Below are positions 48,605-59,190 of a stretch of DNA of 64,000 nucleotides, piece after piece. A model generated the notes under the pieces. The model was not told where the DNA came from. It made no database searches and saw nothing but the letters and a program-made list of their open reading frames with translations. Source of the stretch: an uncultured bacterium (lineage in GTDB: Bacteria; Krumholzibacteriota; Krumholzibacteriia; LZORAL124-64-63); NCBI GenBank assembly GCA_963727525.1, contig CAVSGO010000003.1, positions 416,001 to 480,000 on the forward strand, in the 5' to 3' direction. The position numbers and the translations under genes were made by a program. Each line of letters begins with the position of its first letter. Position 1 is the first letter of the stretch.

Positions 48605-50827
48605 ATGCCCCGGTTCGCCCGTCTTTCGGTCCTCCACGCTGCCGCGCTGCTCCTGTTCCTCCTCGTGTGCGCCTCGGCTTCCGCTGCCGGCGTCACCGCC
48701 ACGCTCCAGCAGGCCCTCGCAGAGCTCGACGTGCCTATCCTGGCTGATCGGGCGCTGCCGCTGGCGCATCTCGAGGAACTGGATGGAGCGGCCGGGGGGC
48801 CGGCGATCGACGCGGGGCGATTCCGGGTGGCCGTGGACGAGCTCGAGCGCGCATCGGTGCCGCCGCTGGGATGGCCGACGGTGGCGGAATTGCGAGACCA
48901 GGGGCGCGGCGGGGACTTGGTGCCGATCGCGCTGCTCGATGTGGCATATGCACGCCTGCGCGATGATGTGCTCGCGCGGGGGGTGCTGGTGGCCGATGGA
49001 ACGCGTCTGGTGCCGGTACCGGGGGCAACTGTCGATGATCTCACCGTACCGGCTCGGGCCTTCGCCGCGGCTGCGCTCGTGGAGCGGACGTATCACGGGG
49101 CGCGGGTGGCATTCGTGGTGCCGCGCGATCTCGTCCTCACGGCCGGCGGCGCAGCACCCGTGTCGCTCACCGTGGACGCCGACGACGGGAACGGTTTCCG
49201 CGCGGTGACGCCCGGCACCGTCTTCACCGCATCCTACGTCTCCACGGGGCGACACATCCTGGTGGTCCGGTCAGCCGGCATGGACGGCGTCGTACGCGAG
49301 GCGCGCGCGTCCTTCACGGTGGAGGCCCTCGTCACCCCACCGCCCAGCGAAACGTGGCCGCTCACGGCCACCACGTCCTACGCGGGCGCCGTGGCCACGG
49401 GAGAAGCCTACGTGTACCTGGCCGACGGGCACGCGACGGTCACCAATCCCATCGTCGTGGTGGAGGGCTTCGACATCGACAACAGCCTGAACTGGGACGG
49501 CCTGTACGCGCTGCTCAACCAGGAGAACTTGCTCGAGGACCTGCGCAGCGAGGGCTACGACGGCGTGGTGCTCAACTTCACCGACTCCACCGACTATATC
49601 CAGCGCAACGCCTACCTGCTGCAGACACTGCTGGCTCAGGTGTCGGCCATGCTACCGGCCGGACAGACGTACCCGCTGGCGGGCGCGAGCATGGGCGGTC
49701 TGGTGAGTCGCTATGCGCTGGCGTCGCTGGAAGCAGGCGGGTCGCCGGATCCAGTGAGCACGTTCATCTCGCTGGACGGGGCGCAGAACGGCGCCGACGT
49801 GCCCCTGGGCATCCAGTACTGGCTCGACTTCTTCCAGGACGAGTCGAGCGACGCGGCCTACCTGCTCAGCCGCCTCGACACGCCGGCCGCGCGGCAGATG
49901 CTGGTGTACCACCACACCTCGCCGCCCGGAGCCACGGGCGAGAGCGACCCGCTGCGCGGCGTACTGCAGGGCGAACTGGCGTCGCTGGGCGAGTACCCCA
50001 CGGCGCCGCGGCTCGTGGCCGTGGCCAATGGCAGCGGCAGCATGCAGGACCAGGGCTTCGCTCCCGGCGCGCAGATCATCGCCTGGAACTACTCCAGCCT
50101 TCTCGTGGACATCACCGGCAACGTGTGGGCCGTGCCGGATGGCTCGAGCACGCAGATCCTCGACGGCGTCATCAACCTCATCTGGCCGCTGCCCGACTCG
50201 TCGCTGCAGGTGACGGTGAGCGGCACGCTGCCCTGGGACGGCGCGCCCGGCGGTTGGCGCGACTCGATGGCGCAGATGGACGCGGTGTCGGCGCCGTATG
50301 GCGACATCGTGGCCCTGCACGCCAACCACTGCTTCATCCCGGTACGCAGCTCCCTCGACCTCGACGTCACCGATCCTTTCTACGACGTGGCGGGCGATCC
50401 GGACATTCTCGCGCATACGCCCTTCGACGCCGTCTACTTCCCGGTGGCCAACCAGGAGCACGTACTCATCACGGCGCAGAACAAGATCTGGATCCTCGAC
50501 GAGGTCCAGAGCCCCTCGACCGCGGCGCCGGAAGGCGCGGCGGTGGCCGCCCGGCCCGCGCTGCTGGGCAATTATCCCAACCCGTTCAATCCGCGCACCA
50601 CGATCGCCTTCTCGTTGCCGGCTGCGGGGCACGCGCGCCTGGCCGTGTACGACGTCCGCGGGGCGCTCGTCACCGTGCTCGCCGACGACGATCTGGCAGC
50701 CGGCCGTCACGCGGTGGCCTGGCAGGGGTGCGATGCGGCCGGTCACGCCGTGGCGGCGGGCACGTACGTGTATCGTCTCGAGGCTGCCGGTGCCGTGGCC
50801 AGCGGCCGTCTGGCGCTGGTCAAATGA
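48605..50827 (+). CDS. Secreted alpha/beta hydrolase (esterase/lipase-like) with C-terminal sorting domain
   Basis: AGGAGG RBS. PIVVVEGFD and GASMGGLVSRYAL motifs. NYPNPFNP tail. Confidence 0.82.
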   Translation: MPRFARLSVLHAAALLLFLLVCASASAAGVTATLQQALAELDVPILADRALPLAHLEELDGAAGGPAIDAGRFRVAVDELERASVPPLGWPTVAELRDQGRGGDLVPIALLDVAYARLRDDVLARGVLVADGTRLVPVPGATVDDLTVPARAFAAAALVERTYHGARVAFVVPRDLVLTAGGAAPVSLTVDADDGNGFRAVTPGTVFTASYVSTGRHILVVRSAGMDGVVREARASFTVEALVTPPPSETWPLTATTSYAGAVATGEAYVYLADGHATVTNPIVVVEGFDIDNSLNWDGLYALLNQENLLEDLRSEGYDGVVLNFTDSTDYIQRNAYLLQTLLAQVSAMLPAGQTYPLAGASMGGLVSRYALASLEAGGSPDPVSTFISLDGAQNGADVPLGIQYWLDFFQDESSDAAYLLSRLDTPAARQMLVYHHTSPPGATGESDPLRGVLQGELASLGEYPTAPRLVAVANGSGSMQDQGFAPGAQIIAWNYSSLLVDITGNVWAVPDGSSTQILDGVINLIWPLPDSSLQVTVSGTLPWDGAPGGWRDSMAQMDAVSAPYGDIVALHANHCFIPVRSSLDLDVTDPFYDVAGDPDILAHTPFDAVYFPVANQEHVLITAQNKIWILDEVQSPSTAAPEGAAVAARPALLGNYPNPFNPRTTIAFSLPAAGHARLAVYDVRGALVTVLADDDLAAGRHAVAWQGCDAAGHAVAAGTYVYRLEAAGAVASGRLALVK

Positions 50828-51153
50828 CGACGCTGCGCGCACCCGGGCGCACGACCTCTTCATCGATCGCTGCGATGCGCTGAGCCAGGCCATGGCGGCC
50901 ACCGGCGAGGACAACCGCTGGCGCCTGGACATCGGAACCGACCGCAAGGCGATCGGTGACTTCGCCGGCCTCCTGCATTGCCTGCGGGGAATCGCGGCCT
51001 GGTCGCAAGGGCTTGTGCTGTAATGAGTTGCCGGTTCATCCCGGCACGGCAACGTACGCGCTCAGGGATTTTCTGCATCACGTTCCATCATGTGCTATGA
51101 TTATATGCGGTGTTCGCCCGGGTTTTCTTCTCAGGCCAGCGAGGTATCACGTC

Positions 51154-52377
51154 GTGCGACGGATCATTCTGATCGCGTGTGTCGCGGTGTTCGCGGTCTC
51201 GGCGACGGCCGCCGAGATCACCATGATGAACTGGAACCTGCTCAACTTCCCGGGTTCCACCGGTACCGCGCGGGTGCCCTACATGCAGACGGTGGTCGCC
51301 GCCGCCATGCCCGATTTCATGGCCTGCGAGGAGGTCATCGGGGTGACCGGTCGCAACATGTTCCTGAACAGCGTACTCAACGCCGTCGATCCCGGCGAGT
51401 GGACGGCGGCGCCGTTCCACGATGGCTACGACTCCGACCGCGCCCTCTTCTATCGCACATCCAAGCTCGAGGTGGTCGACTCCGGATGGCTGGAAACCGA
51501 TCTGCGCACGATCGACTGGTGGCAGCTGCGTGACGTCGACTCGCAGACCGAGTTCCGCATCTTCACCATGCACTTGAAGGCGAGTTCGGGTTCGTCGGAG
51601 GAACAGCAGCGACTGGTCGAGGTCACGGCGCTGCGCAACTATATGGACTCGTTGCCGGCGGACTTGCCGATCGCCGTATCGGGCGACTACAACGTCTACT
51701 ACTCCGGCGAGCCGGCGTACCAGGAGCTGCTGTCGGCGGGCACCGGACAGCTCTTCGATCCGATCAATCGCCCCGGCAACTGGCACAACAACGCGGCCTT
51801 CGCGGACATCCACACGCAGAGCACGCGGACGGCGCAGTTCGGCGGTGGGGCCACCGGCGGCCTGGACGATCGCTTCGATCAGATCCTCGTGACCAACGAC
51901 TTCCTCGACGGCCAGGGTGCCGAGATCCTGGTCGACACCTACGAGGCCTACGGCAACGACGGTCAGCACTTCAACCAGGCCATCATCGATGGCGGCAATA
52001 GCGCCGTGCCGCCTGAGGTGGCCGAGGGCCTCTACCAGTCGAGCGATCACCTCCCGGTGCGCGTGCACTTCACCTTCCCGTCGACCGGCACCGACGTCGC
52101 CTCGCTCACGCCCAGCGTGCCCGTGCTGCGCGCCTGGCCCAACCCGTTCAACCCGATGGTCTCGCTGCGCATCGATGCGCCCGGTGCCGGCAGCGTGGAC
52201 CTGCAGGTCTACGACATCGCTGGCCGGCCCGTGGCCAATCTGCTACGCGGCGCCGCCGGCGCCGACGGTCAGACCGTCACCTGGCAGCCGGCCGACCTGC
52301 CCTCGGGCACGTACTTCGCGCGTCTGAGCGGCGACGGTCGCACCCTGGCCACCACGAAGCTGCTGTTGCTGAAGTAG
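51154..52377 (+). CDS. Endonuclease/exonuclease/phosphatase family protein with C-terminal sorting domain
   Basis: MNWNLLN, HLKA, GDYN, DDRFDQI and SDHLPV motifs. WPNPFNP tail. Confidence 0.87.
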   Translation: MRRIILIACVAVFAVSATAAEITMMNWNLLNFPGSTGTARVPYMQTVVAAAMPDFMACEEVIGVTGRNMFLNSVLNAVDPGEWTAAPFHDGYDSDRALFYRTSKLEVVDSGWLETDLRTIDWWQLRDVDSQTEFRIFTMHLKASSGSSEEQQRLVEVTALRNYMDSLPADLPIAVSGDYNVYYSGEPAYQELLSAGTGQLFDPINRPGNWHNNAAFADIHTQSTRTAQFGGGATGGLDDRFDQILVTNDFLDGQGAEILVDTYEAYGNDGQHFNQAIIDGGNSAVPPEVAEGLYQSSDHLPVRVHFTFPSTGTDVASLTPSVPVLRAWPNPFNPMVSLRIDAPGAGSVDLQVYDIAGRPVANLLRGAAGADGQTVTWQPADLPSGTYFARLSGDGRTLATTKLLLLK

Positions 52378-52405
52378 CACGACGCGCCACCCCTGACGCT
52401 CGTCG

Positions 52406-52440
52406 CGACGGCCCGCTGCTCAGGCGGGCCGTCGTGTTTC
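52406..52440 (+). terminator. Rho-independent terminator
   Basis: cgacggcccgc-loop-gcgggccgtcg followed by tgtttc. Confidence 0.6.
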
Positions 52441-52558
52441 TCGCTACTCTGACTTGGCTCGTTCAGTACAACGTCGCTAGCCTGTGAGCAGAATCCCGTG
52501 TCCGGCCATGCGAGCCGGCGATGCGCTGTGGTGGCCCTTCCGGAGGTCGGTGCACCCG

Positions 52559-53785
52559 ATGGATGTCCTCATGCTCTCCAAGGAATATCCCCCGCACGTT
52601 TACGGCGGCGCGGGGGTGCATGTGGAGCATCTCGCGCGCGAGATGGCGCGGCTGGTGACGGTCCGGGTGATGTGTTTCGGTGATCAGGCCGAACCCGACG
52701 CCAACCCGGCCGTCCGTGGCGTGGTGCCGGCGAACAAGGCGTTCGCGGACAACCCCCGGCGCGCGCGGGCGGCGCTCGCGGCTCTGGCCACCGATCTCGC
52801 CATGATGGCGTCGCCGCCCGAAGCCGATGTGGTGCACTGCCACACCTGGTACACCCATTTCGCGGGCGTACTGGCGCGGCTCGCCTATGGTGCGCCGCTC
52901 GTGGTGACGGTGCACTCGCTGGAGCCGCTGCGGCCCTGGAAACGCGAGCAACTTGGGCGCGGGTACGACGTGTCGAGCTGGATCGAGCGGCAGGCGCTTC
53001 AGCATGCCGACGCCGTGATCGCCGTCTCTCACCACGATCACCGCCAGATCATCGACCTCTTCGACGTGGCGTCGGACCGCGTGTCGGTGGTGCCCAACGG
53101 TATCGATCCCGAGATCTACCGGCCCGTGCGCGATCCGGGCACTCTGCGCGAGTACGGTGTGAATCCCGACGTGCCGTACGTGCTGTTCCTGGGGCGGATC
53201 ACACGACAGAAAGGCATCGGCCACTTCCTGGCCGCCGCGCGCCGGTTGCCGCGCGACGTGCAGGTGGTGCTGTGCGCCGGCGGCGCCGACACGGACGAGC
53301 TGGCGAACGAGGTGGTGTCCGCGGTCGACGATCTGCGCGCCGAGCGGCCCCACGTGACGTGGATCCAGGAGATGGTGCCGCGCTCGGTGGCGGCCGCGCT
53401 CTACAGCCATGCCGCCGTGTTTTGTTGCCCGTCGATCTACGAACCCTTCGGCATCATCAATCTCGAGGCCATGGCCTGCGAGACGCCGGTGGTGGCGAGC
53501 CGCGTGGGTGGAATTCCGGACATCGTGATCCCCGGCGAGACCGGCGAGCTGGTGCCGTTCTCGCCGCGCTCGGATAGCGATCCCGAGCCCGCCGATCCGC
53601 AGGCCTTCGCCGCCGCGCTCGCGGAAGCCATGGCGTCGCTGATCGCCGATCCCGAGCGTCGTCGGCGGCAGGGCGAGGCCGGGCGCCAGCGCGTGATCGC
53701 CGAATTCGGCTGGGATGCCGTCGCGCGCAAGGTCCACGCCATCTACGAGCGCGTCATCGCGGCAGCGAAGGAGTCGTCCGTATGA
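52559..53785 (+). CDS. glgA: GT4 glycogen synthase / maltose-1-phosphate synthase (actinobacterial GlgA/GlgM type)
   Basis: KEYPPHVYGGAGVHV, HCHTWY, HSLEPLRPWKREQLG and YEPFGIINLEAMAC motifs. Confidence 0.88.
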   Translation: MDVLMLSKEYPPHVYGGAGVHVEHLAREMARLVTVRVMCFGDQAEPDANPAVRGVVPANKAFADNPRRARAALAALATDLAMMASPPEADVVHCHTWYTHFAGVLARLAYGAPLVVTVHSLEPLRPWKREQLGRGYDVSSWIERQALQHADAVIAVSHHDHRQIIDLFDVASDRVSVVPNGIDPEIYRPVRDPGTLREYGVNPDVPYVLFLGRITRQKGIGHFLAAARRLPRDVQVVLCAGGADTDELANEVVSAVDDLRAERPHVTWIQEMVPRSVAAALYSHAAVFCCPSIYEPFGIINLEAMACETPVVASRVGGIPDIVIPGETGELVPFSPRSDSDPEPADPQAFAAALAEAMASLIADPERRRRQGEAGRQRVIAEFGWDAVARKVHAIYERVIAAAKESSV

Positions 53786-55791
53786 GTCGCCGTGCCGATC
53801 TTCCGCCAGTCCCCGACCTCGCCGATACCGGGCGCGTCTGGCTCGAAAATCTCCAGCCCTGCAGCGAGCATGGTCGTTTCCCGATCAAGCGGGTCGTGGG
53901 CGAGACGGTGACCGTGTCGATCGACGCCGTGGTCGACGGCCATGACCGGATCACCCTCGCGCTGCGGCATCGGCGCACGGGGGACGACACGTGGACCGAG
54001 GCGCCCATGCACCACGTGGACAACGACCGCTGGGAAGGCGCTTTCATCGTGACCGCGCTCCATCCGCACGAGTACACGGTGGCCGGCTGGGTGGACCACT
54101 ATGCGTCGTGGCTCGATGGCGTGCAGAAGAAGGCGGCGGTTGGGCAGGATGTGACCCTGGAACTGCTCGACGGCGCGCGTCTCGTGTCGGAGGCGGCAGA
54201 GCGTGCCGAAAGGCCCGACCGCACGCTGCTCGATGCTGCGGCGGTCGAGCTGGCGTCGGATCTGGCTCCGTCAGAACGTCTGGTGCGAGCGGCGTCGGCC
54301 AATCTGGTGGCCATGGTGCGCCGGCACGCCGACCGCAGCCGGCAGACGACATACGCTCACGTGTTCGCGGTGGACGTGGCTCGCGAGCGGGCGCGAACCG
54401 GCGCGTGGTACGAGTTCTTCCCGCGCTCGGCAGCCGCCGAGCTGGGCGGCGGCGGGCTGCGCACGGCGGCGCGACGATTGCCGGCGGTGGCGGCGATGGG
54501 ATTCGACGTGGTGTATCTGCCGCCGATCCACCCGATCGGCCGCCGCTTCCGCAAGGGACCCAACAACACACTCGAAGCGGGGCCCGACGATCCGGGCAGC
54601 CCCTGGGCCATCGGCGCCGAGGAGGGCGGTCACACGGCCATCCACCCGGAACTGGGCGATCTCGACGACCTCGCCCACTTCCTGCGCGTGGCCGCCACAC
54701 ATCGTCTGGAAGTGGCCATGGACATCGCCTTCCAGTGCGCGCCCGACCACCCGTGGGTGAAGGAACGCCCGAGCTTCTTCAAGCACCGTCCCGACGGCAC
54801 GGTGCAGTACGCCGAGAATCCGCCCAAGAAATACCAGGACATCTATCCCCTCGACTTCGAGAGCCGCGACTGGCAGGCCCTGTGGGAAGCGCTGTACGAC
54901 GTGATCGCGTTCTGGTGCGAGCAGGGCGTGCGCATCTTCCGTGTCGACAATCCGCACACCAAGCCCATCCGCTTCTGGCAGTGGGTGATCGCGCGCATCA
55001 AGCGCACCTGGCCCGAGGCGGTGTTCCTCGCCGAGGCCTTCACGCGGCCCAAGCTCATGTACGCCCTGGCCAAGGCGGGTTTCGATCAGTCGTACACCTA
55101 CTTCACCTGGCGCAACGGCGGTCAGGAGCTGCGGTGGTATCTGGAGGAACTGACGAACCCGCCGGCGAGCGACATCTACCGTCCCAATTTCTTCACCAAC
55201 ACGCCCGACATCCTGCCGCAATACCTGCAGTTCGGCGGGCCGGCCGCGTTCAAGGTGCGGCTGGTGCTGGCGGCGACGCTGGCGGCGAGCTACGGCATCT
55301 ACAGCGGCTTCGAGCTGTGCGAGAACGAGGCGCTGCCTGGCGGCGAGGAGTATCACGCATCGGAGAAATTCGAGGTACGCATACGCGACTGGGACCGCCC
55401 CGGCTCCCTCGCTCCGCTGATCACGGCGGTCAACGCCATCCGGCGCGAGAACCCGGCGCTACTGCGTAACGACGGCCTGCGCTTCCATCCCACGAGCGAC
55501 GAGCAGATCCTCTGCTACAGCCGCACCACGCCCGGCGAGGCCGATACCCTGATCACCGTGGTGAACCTCGACCCGCACCACGCCCACGCGGCGTGGGTCA
55601 CGCTGCCGCTGGCCGATCTCGGCCTGGGCCCGCGCGACAATTACCAGCTCCACGATTTGCTTGCAGATGAGCGGTTCCTTTGGCAGGGGGAACGCAACTA
55701 CGTCGAGCTCGCACCCGACACCGTGCCCGCGCGCATCTTCCGCTTGCGCCGGCATGTGCGGACCGAGCGCGACTTCGATTACTACATGTAG
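53782..55791 (+). CDS. glgE: Alpha-1,4-glucan:maltose-1-phosphate maltosyltransferase
   Basis: WYEFFPRS, YLPPIHPIG, AENPPKKYQDIYP, FRVDNPHTKP and NTPDIL motifs. Confidence 0.95.
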   Translation: MSRRADLPPVPDLADTGRVWLENLQPCSEHGRFPIKRVVGETVTVSIDAVVDGHDRITLALRHRRTGDDTWTEAPMHHVDNDRWEGAFIVTALHPHEYTVAGWVDHYASWLDGVQKKAAVGQDVTLELLDGARLVSEAAERAERPDRTLLDAAAVELASDLAPSERLVRAASANLVAMVRRHADRSRQTTYAHVFAVDVARERARTGAWYEFFPRSAAAELGGGGLRTAARRLPAVAAMGFDVVYLPPIHPIGRRFRKGPNNTLEAGPDDPGSPWAIGAEEGGHTAIHPELGDLDDLAHFLRVAATHRLEVAMDIAFQCAPDHPWVKERPSFFKHRPDGTVQYAENPPKKYQDIYPLDFESRDWQALWEALYDVIAFWCEQGVRIFRVDNPHTKPIRFWQWVIARIKRTWPEAVFLAEAFTRPKLMYALAKAGFDQSYTYFTWRNGGQELRWYLEELTNPPASDIYRPNFFTNTPDILPQYLQFGGPAAFKVRLVLAATLAASYGIYSGFELCENEALPGGEEYHASEKFEVRIRDWDRPGSLAPLITAVNAIRRENPALLRNDGLRFHPTSDEQILCYSRTTPGEADTLITVVNLDPHHAHAAWVTLPLADLGLGPRDNYQLHDLLADERFLWQGERNYVELAPDTVPARIFRLRRHVRTERDFDYYM

Positions 55792-55835
55792 CCGGCCTGC
55801 GACAATTTTTGCGGACTTTGAGGAGGATCGACCCG

Positions 55836-58800
55836 ATGGCCCGTCGCCCGCACTCGCTCTGGTTCAAGGACGCAATCATTTACGAGATCCACGTGAAGGC
55901 CTTTCACGACAGTAACGGCGACGGTCTCGGCGACTTCCGCGGCCTGATCGAGAAACTCGACTACCTCGAAGCCCTCGGCGTGACGGCAATCTGGCTGCTA
56001 CCTTTCTATCCCTCGCCCCTGCGTGACGACGGCTACGACATCTCCGACTACCGCGGCATCCATCCTGACTACGGCACATTGCGCGACTTCAAGCTCTTCG
56101 TGCGCGAGGCTCATCGTCGTGGCATGCGTGTGATCACCGAGCTCGTCGTGAACCACACCAGCGACCAGCATCCGTGGTTCCAGGCAGCGCGGCGCGCGCG
56201 CCCCGGCTCGGCGCAGCGCGACTTCTATGTGTGGAGCGACACCGACGAGAAGTACGCCAGCACGCGCGTCATCTTTTCCGACACCGAGGCCAGCAACTGG
56301 ACGTGGGATCCTGTGGCCGGTCAATATTACTGGCACCGCTTCTTCAGCCACCAGCCCGACCTCAATCACAACAACCCGCGCGTGGTGCGCGCGGTCACGC
56401 GTTTGCTACGTTTCTGGCTCAAGGTCGGCGTTGACGGGCTACGCCTGGACGCCATTCCCTACCTGTGCGTGCGCGAGGGAACGAACAACGAGAACTTGCC
56501 GGAGACACATGACGTGATCCGGCAGATCCGCGCCGCCGTCGATGCCGAATTCGATGACCGCATGCTCCTGGCCGAGGCCAACCAGTGGCCGGACGACGTG
56601 ATCCAGTATTTCGGCGACGGCGACGAGTGCCACATGGCTTATCACTTCCCGGTGATGCCGCGCATCTTCATGGCGCTACGGCAGGAGGACCGCAAGCCCA
56701 TCACGGAGATCCTCAAACGGACGCCCGCCATTCCAGAAAGCTGCCAGTGGGCCCTCTTTCTGCGCAACCACGACGAGCTGACCCTGGAGATGGTCACCGA
56801 CGAGGAACGCGACTACATGTACCGTGAATATGCCACGGACAAACGCATGCGTCTGAACGTGGGCATCCGCCGTCGTCTCGCGCCGCTGCTGAACAACGAC
56901 CGCACTTCGATCGAGCTGCTCAACAGTTTGCTCTTCTCGTTCCCCGGCACGCCGATCATCTACTATGGCGACGAGCTCGGCATGGGCGACAATATCTACC
57001 TGGGCGACCGCGACGGCGTACGCACGCCCATGCAGTGGTCGTTCGATCGCAACGCTGGATTTTCCACGGCCGACCCGGCGCGCCTCTACATGCCGGTGAT
57101 CATGGACCCGGTGTACGGTTACCAGGCCGTCAACGTGGAGGCGCAGGAGCGTTCCCGGTCGTCGATGCTGCACTTCATGCGTCGGCTCATCTCGTTGCGT
57201 CGCCAGCACAAGGCCTTCGGTCGCGGCACCATGGAGTTCCTCGATGCCGACAACCGTAAGGTCATCGCCTACCTGCGTCGCTACCAGAGCGAAGTGATCC
57301 TCTGCGTGGCCAACCTGAGCCGCTTCGTGCAGCCAGTGCAGCTCGATTTGCGCGAGTTCGACGGCTGGACGCCGGTGGAGATGATCGGGCGCACCGAGTT
57401 TCCCACCGTGGGCGAATTGCCCTACTTCCTCACGCTGGGCGGCCACGCGTTCTACTGGTTCCGCATGGAGCCGCAGCCCGAGCCCGTGACCATGGGGGCA
57501 TCCGCGGCGGCGCAACAGGCCGAGCGCGACGGGTTGCCGCTGGTGACGGTGGGGCGCGGCGGCGATCTGCTCGATCAGGACGGCCGCCACGCCCTCGAGC
57601 AGGAGGCGCTGCCGGCGTTCATGGTGCGGCAGCGCTGGTACCGCAGCAAGGCGCGCGACCTGGTGTCGGTGCGGCTCGTCGACTGGGCGAAGCTGGACGG
57701 CGGCTTCTCTCTGGTGCTGGTGGAGGCAAACTACGAGGAGGGCGAGCGCGAGCGCTACGCTCTCACGCTGAAGACCATCATCGGACCGGCTGCCGCGAAG
57801 CTGGCGCACGAGGTACCCGGTAGCGTGGTCGCGCGACTGCGCAGTCCTGCGGGAGAGGGTGTGATCTGCGACGCCCTGGCCGACCGCAACAGCGGCGCCG
57901 CGCTTTACGTCGCCATGGCCGACGGGCGCGAGTTCACGACCGAGCAGGGCGGCGTGCTGCGCGCCTTTCCCGCGCGCGGCAGCGACGGGCGCACGCCGCC
58001 GCGCCATGACGTGCGTAGCGTGCGGGTGCTGGGCGTGGAGCAGAGCAACACGTCGATCGTGCTCGACGACGTGGCGATCCTCAAGTTCTTCCGGGTGGTG
58101 GAATCGGGCGTGAATCCGGATCTCGAGATCGGTCTGTATCTCACCGAGCGCACGGCGTTCACGCGCGTTCCACGCGTGCAAGGCGGCCTGATCTACCGCG
58201 ATCCCGACGGGCACGAGGCCACCCTCGCCATGATCCAGGATTTCGTGCCCAACCAGGGCGACGGCTGGAAGCATGGTCTCGAGGCCGTGCGTACCGCCCT
58301 CGACGCTCTCGCTGCGAAGGGCTGGCCGGCGCCACCTGCCCTATCGGCGGCGCCGCCGACCCGGCTCGACCCCGGCACGATGCCCGGCGCGCTGCGTGAG
58401 GCCGCCGGCTCGTTCGTGGACCACGCCCGCGACCTCGGCGCCGCCACGGCCGCCTGCCACCGCGCGCTCGCGCAGGAGCGCCGGGCGATCGATTTCACGC
58501 CGCGGCCGTTGACGACGGTGGAGCTTGAAACGGTGGCCGACGGCGCCGTGCGCCGTGCACAGCAGGTGCTGGAGATGCTCAACGCGCAGGCGCGCCGCCT
58601 GGCTGCGCCGGAGCAGGAACTCGCCGATCACGTGCTCCGTGGCGGGCCCTACCTGCTCGAACGTTTCCAGCGCTTGCCGCGTCTGGGCGAAGCCGGACAG
58701 CGTATCCGCGTGCACGGCGACTATCACCTCGGACAGGTGCTGATGACGGCCGACGGCTGGATGCTCCTCGACTTCGAGGGCGAGCCGTTGCGCTCCCTGG

Positions 58801-59177
58801 CCGAACGTCGGGAGAAGCAGTCGCCGCTCAAGGACGTGGCGGGCATGCTCCGCTCGTTCGACTACGCCGCACAGACGGTGCGCATGGAGGGCGAGCAAAC
58901 CACCGCGCGCGCGGGCTGGGCGGCGCAGTGGTCGCAGTGGCTAGGCGCCTCCTTCGCGAGCGGCTACCTGGAGGGAGTCGCCGGCACGCCGTTGCTGCCC
59001 GCGGCCGAGAGCGATCTCGACGTGCTGCTGGACGCCTTCCTCCTGGACAAGGCGTTTTATGAGCTGGCGTACGAGCTGAACAACCGGCCCGGCTGGATCG
59101 GTGTGCCCCTGGCCGGCATCGCCGCGATCGCTGCCCGCCAGGCGGGGGAGCCGGAGTCCCCGGTCAACGGCGGCTGA
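55836..59177 (+). CDS. treS: Trehalose synthase fused to maltokinase (TreS-Mak/Pep2)
   Basis: WFKDAIIYE, NHTSDQHPWF and FLRNHDELTLE motifs. C-terminal kinase with EQSNTS, RVHGDYHLGQVL and DFEGEP. Confidence 0.94.
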   Translation: MARRPHSLWFKDAIIYEIHVKAFHDSNGDGLGDFRGLIEKLDYLEALGVTAIWLLPFYPSPLRDDGYDISDYRGIHPDYGTLRDFKLFVREAHRRGMRVITELVVNHTSDQHPWFQAARRARPGSAQRDFYVWSDTDEKYASTRVIFSDTEASNWTWDPVAGQYYWHRFFSHQPDLNHNNPRVVRAVTRLLRFWLKVGVDGLRLDAIPYLCVREGTNNENLPETHDVIRQIRAAVDAEFDDRMLLAEANQWPDDVIQYFGDGDECHMAYHFPVMPRIFMALRQEDRKPITEILKRTPAIPESCQWALFLRNHDELTLEMVTDEERDYMYREYATDKRMRLNVGIRRRLAPLLNNDRTSIELLNSLLFSFPGTPIIYYGDELGMGDNIYLGDRDGVRTPMQWSFDRNAGFSTADPARLYMPVIMDPVYGYQAVNVEAQERSRSSMLHFMRRLISLRRQHKAFGRGTMEFLDADNRKVIAYLRRYQSEVILCVANLSRFVQPVQLDLREFDGWTPVEMIGRTEFPTVGELPYFLTLGGHAFYWFRMEPQPEPVTMGASAAAQQAERDGLPLVTVGRGGDLLDQDGRHALEQEALPAFMVRQRWYRSKARDLVSVRLVDWAKLDGGFSLVLVEANYEEGERERYALTLKTIIGPAAAKLAHEVPGSVVARLRSPAGEGVICDALADRNSGAALYVAMADGREFTTEQGGVLRAFPARGSDGRTPPRHDVRSVRVLGVEQSNTSIVLDDVAILKFFRVVESGVNPDLEIGLYLTERTAFTRVPRVQGGLIYRDPDGHEATLAMIQDFVPNQGDGWKHGLEAVRTALDALAAKGWPAPPALSAAPPTRLDPGTMPGALREAAGSFVDHARDLGAATAACHRALAQERRAIDFTPRPLTTVELETVADGAVRRAQQVLEMLNAQARRLAAPEQELADHVLRGGPYLLERFQRLPRLGEAGQRIRVHGDYHLGQVLMTADGWMLLDFEGEPLRSLAERREKQSPLKDVAGMLRSFDYAAQTVRMEGEQTTARAGWAAQWSQWLGASFASGYLEGVAGTPLLPAAESDLDVLLDAFLLDKAFYELAYELNNRPGWIGVPLAGIAAIAARQAGEPESPVNGG

Positions 59178-59190
59178 CGTCCTTCAAGTT

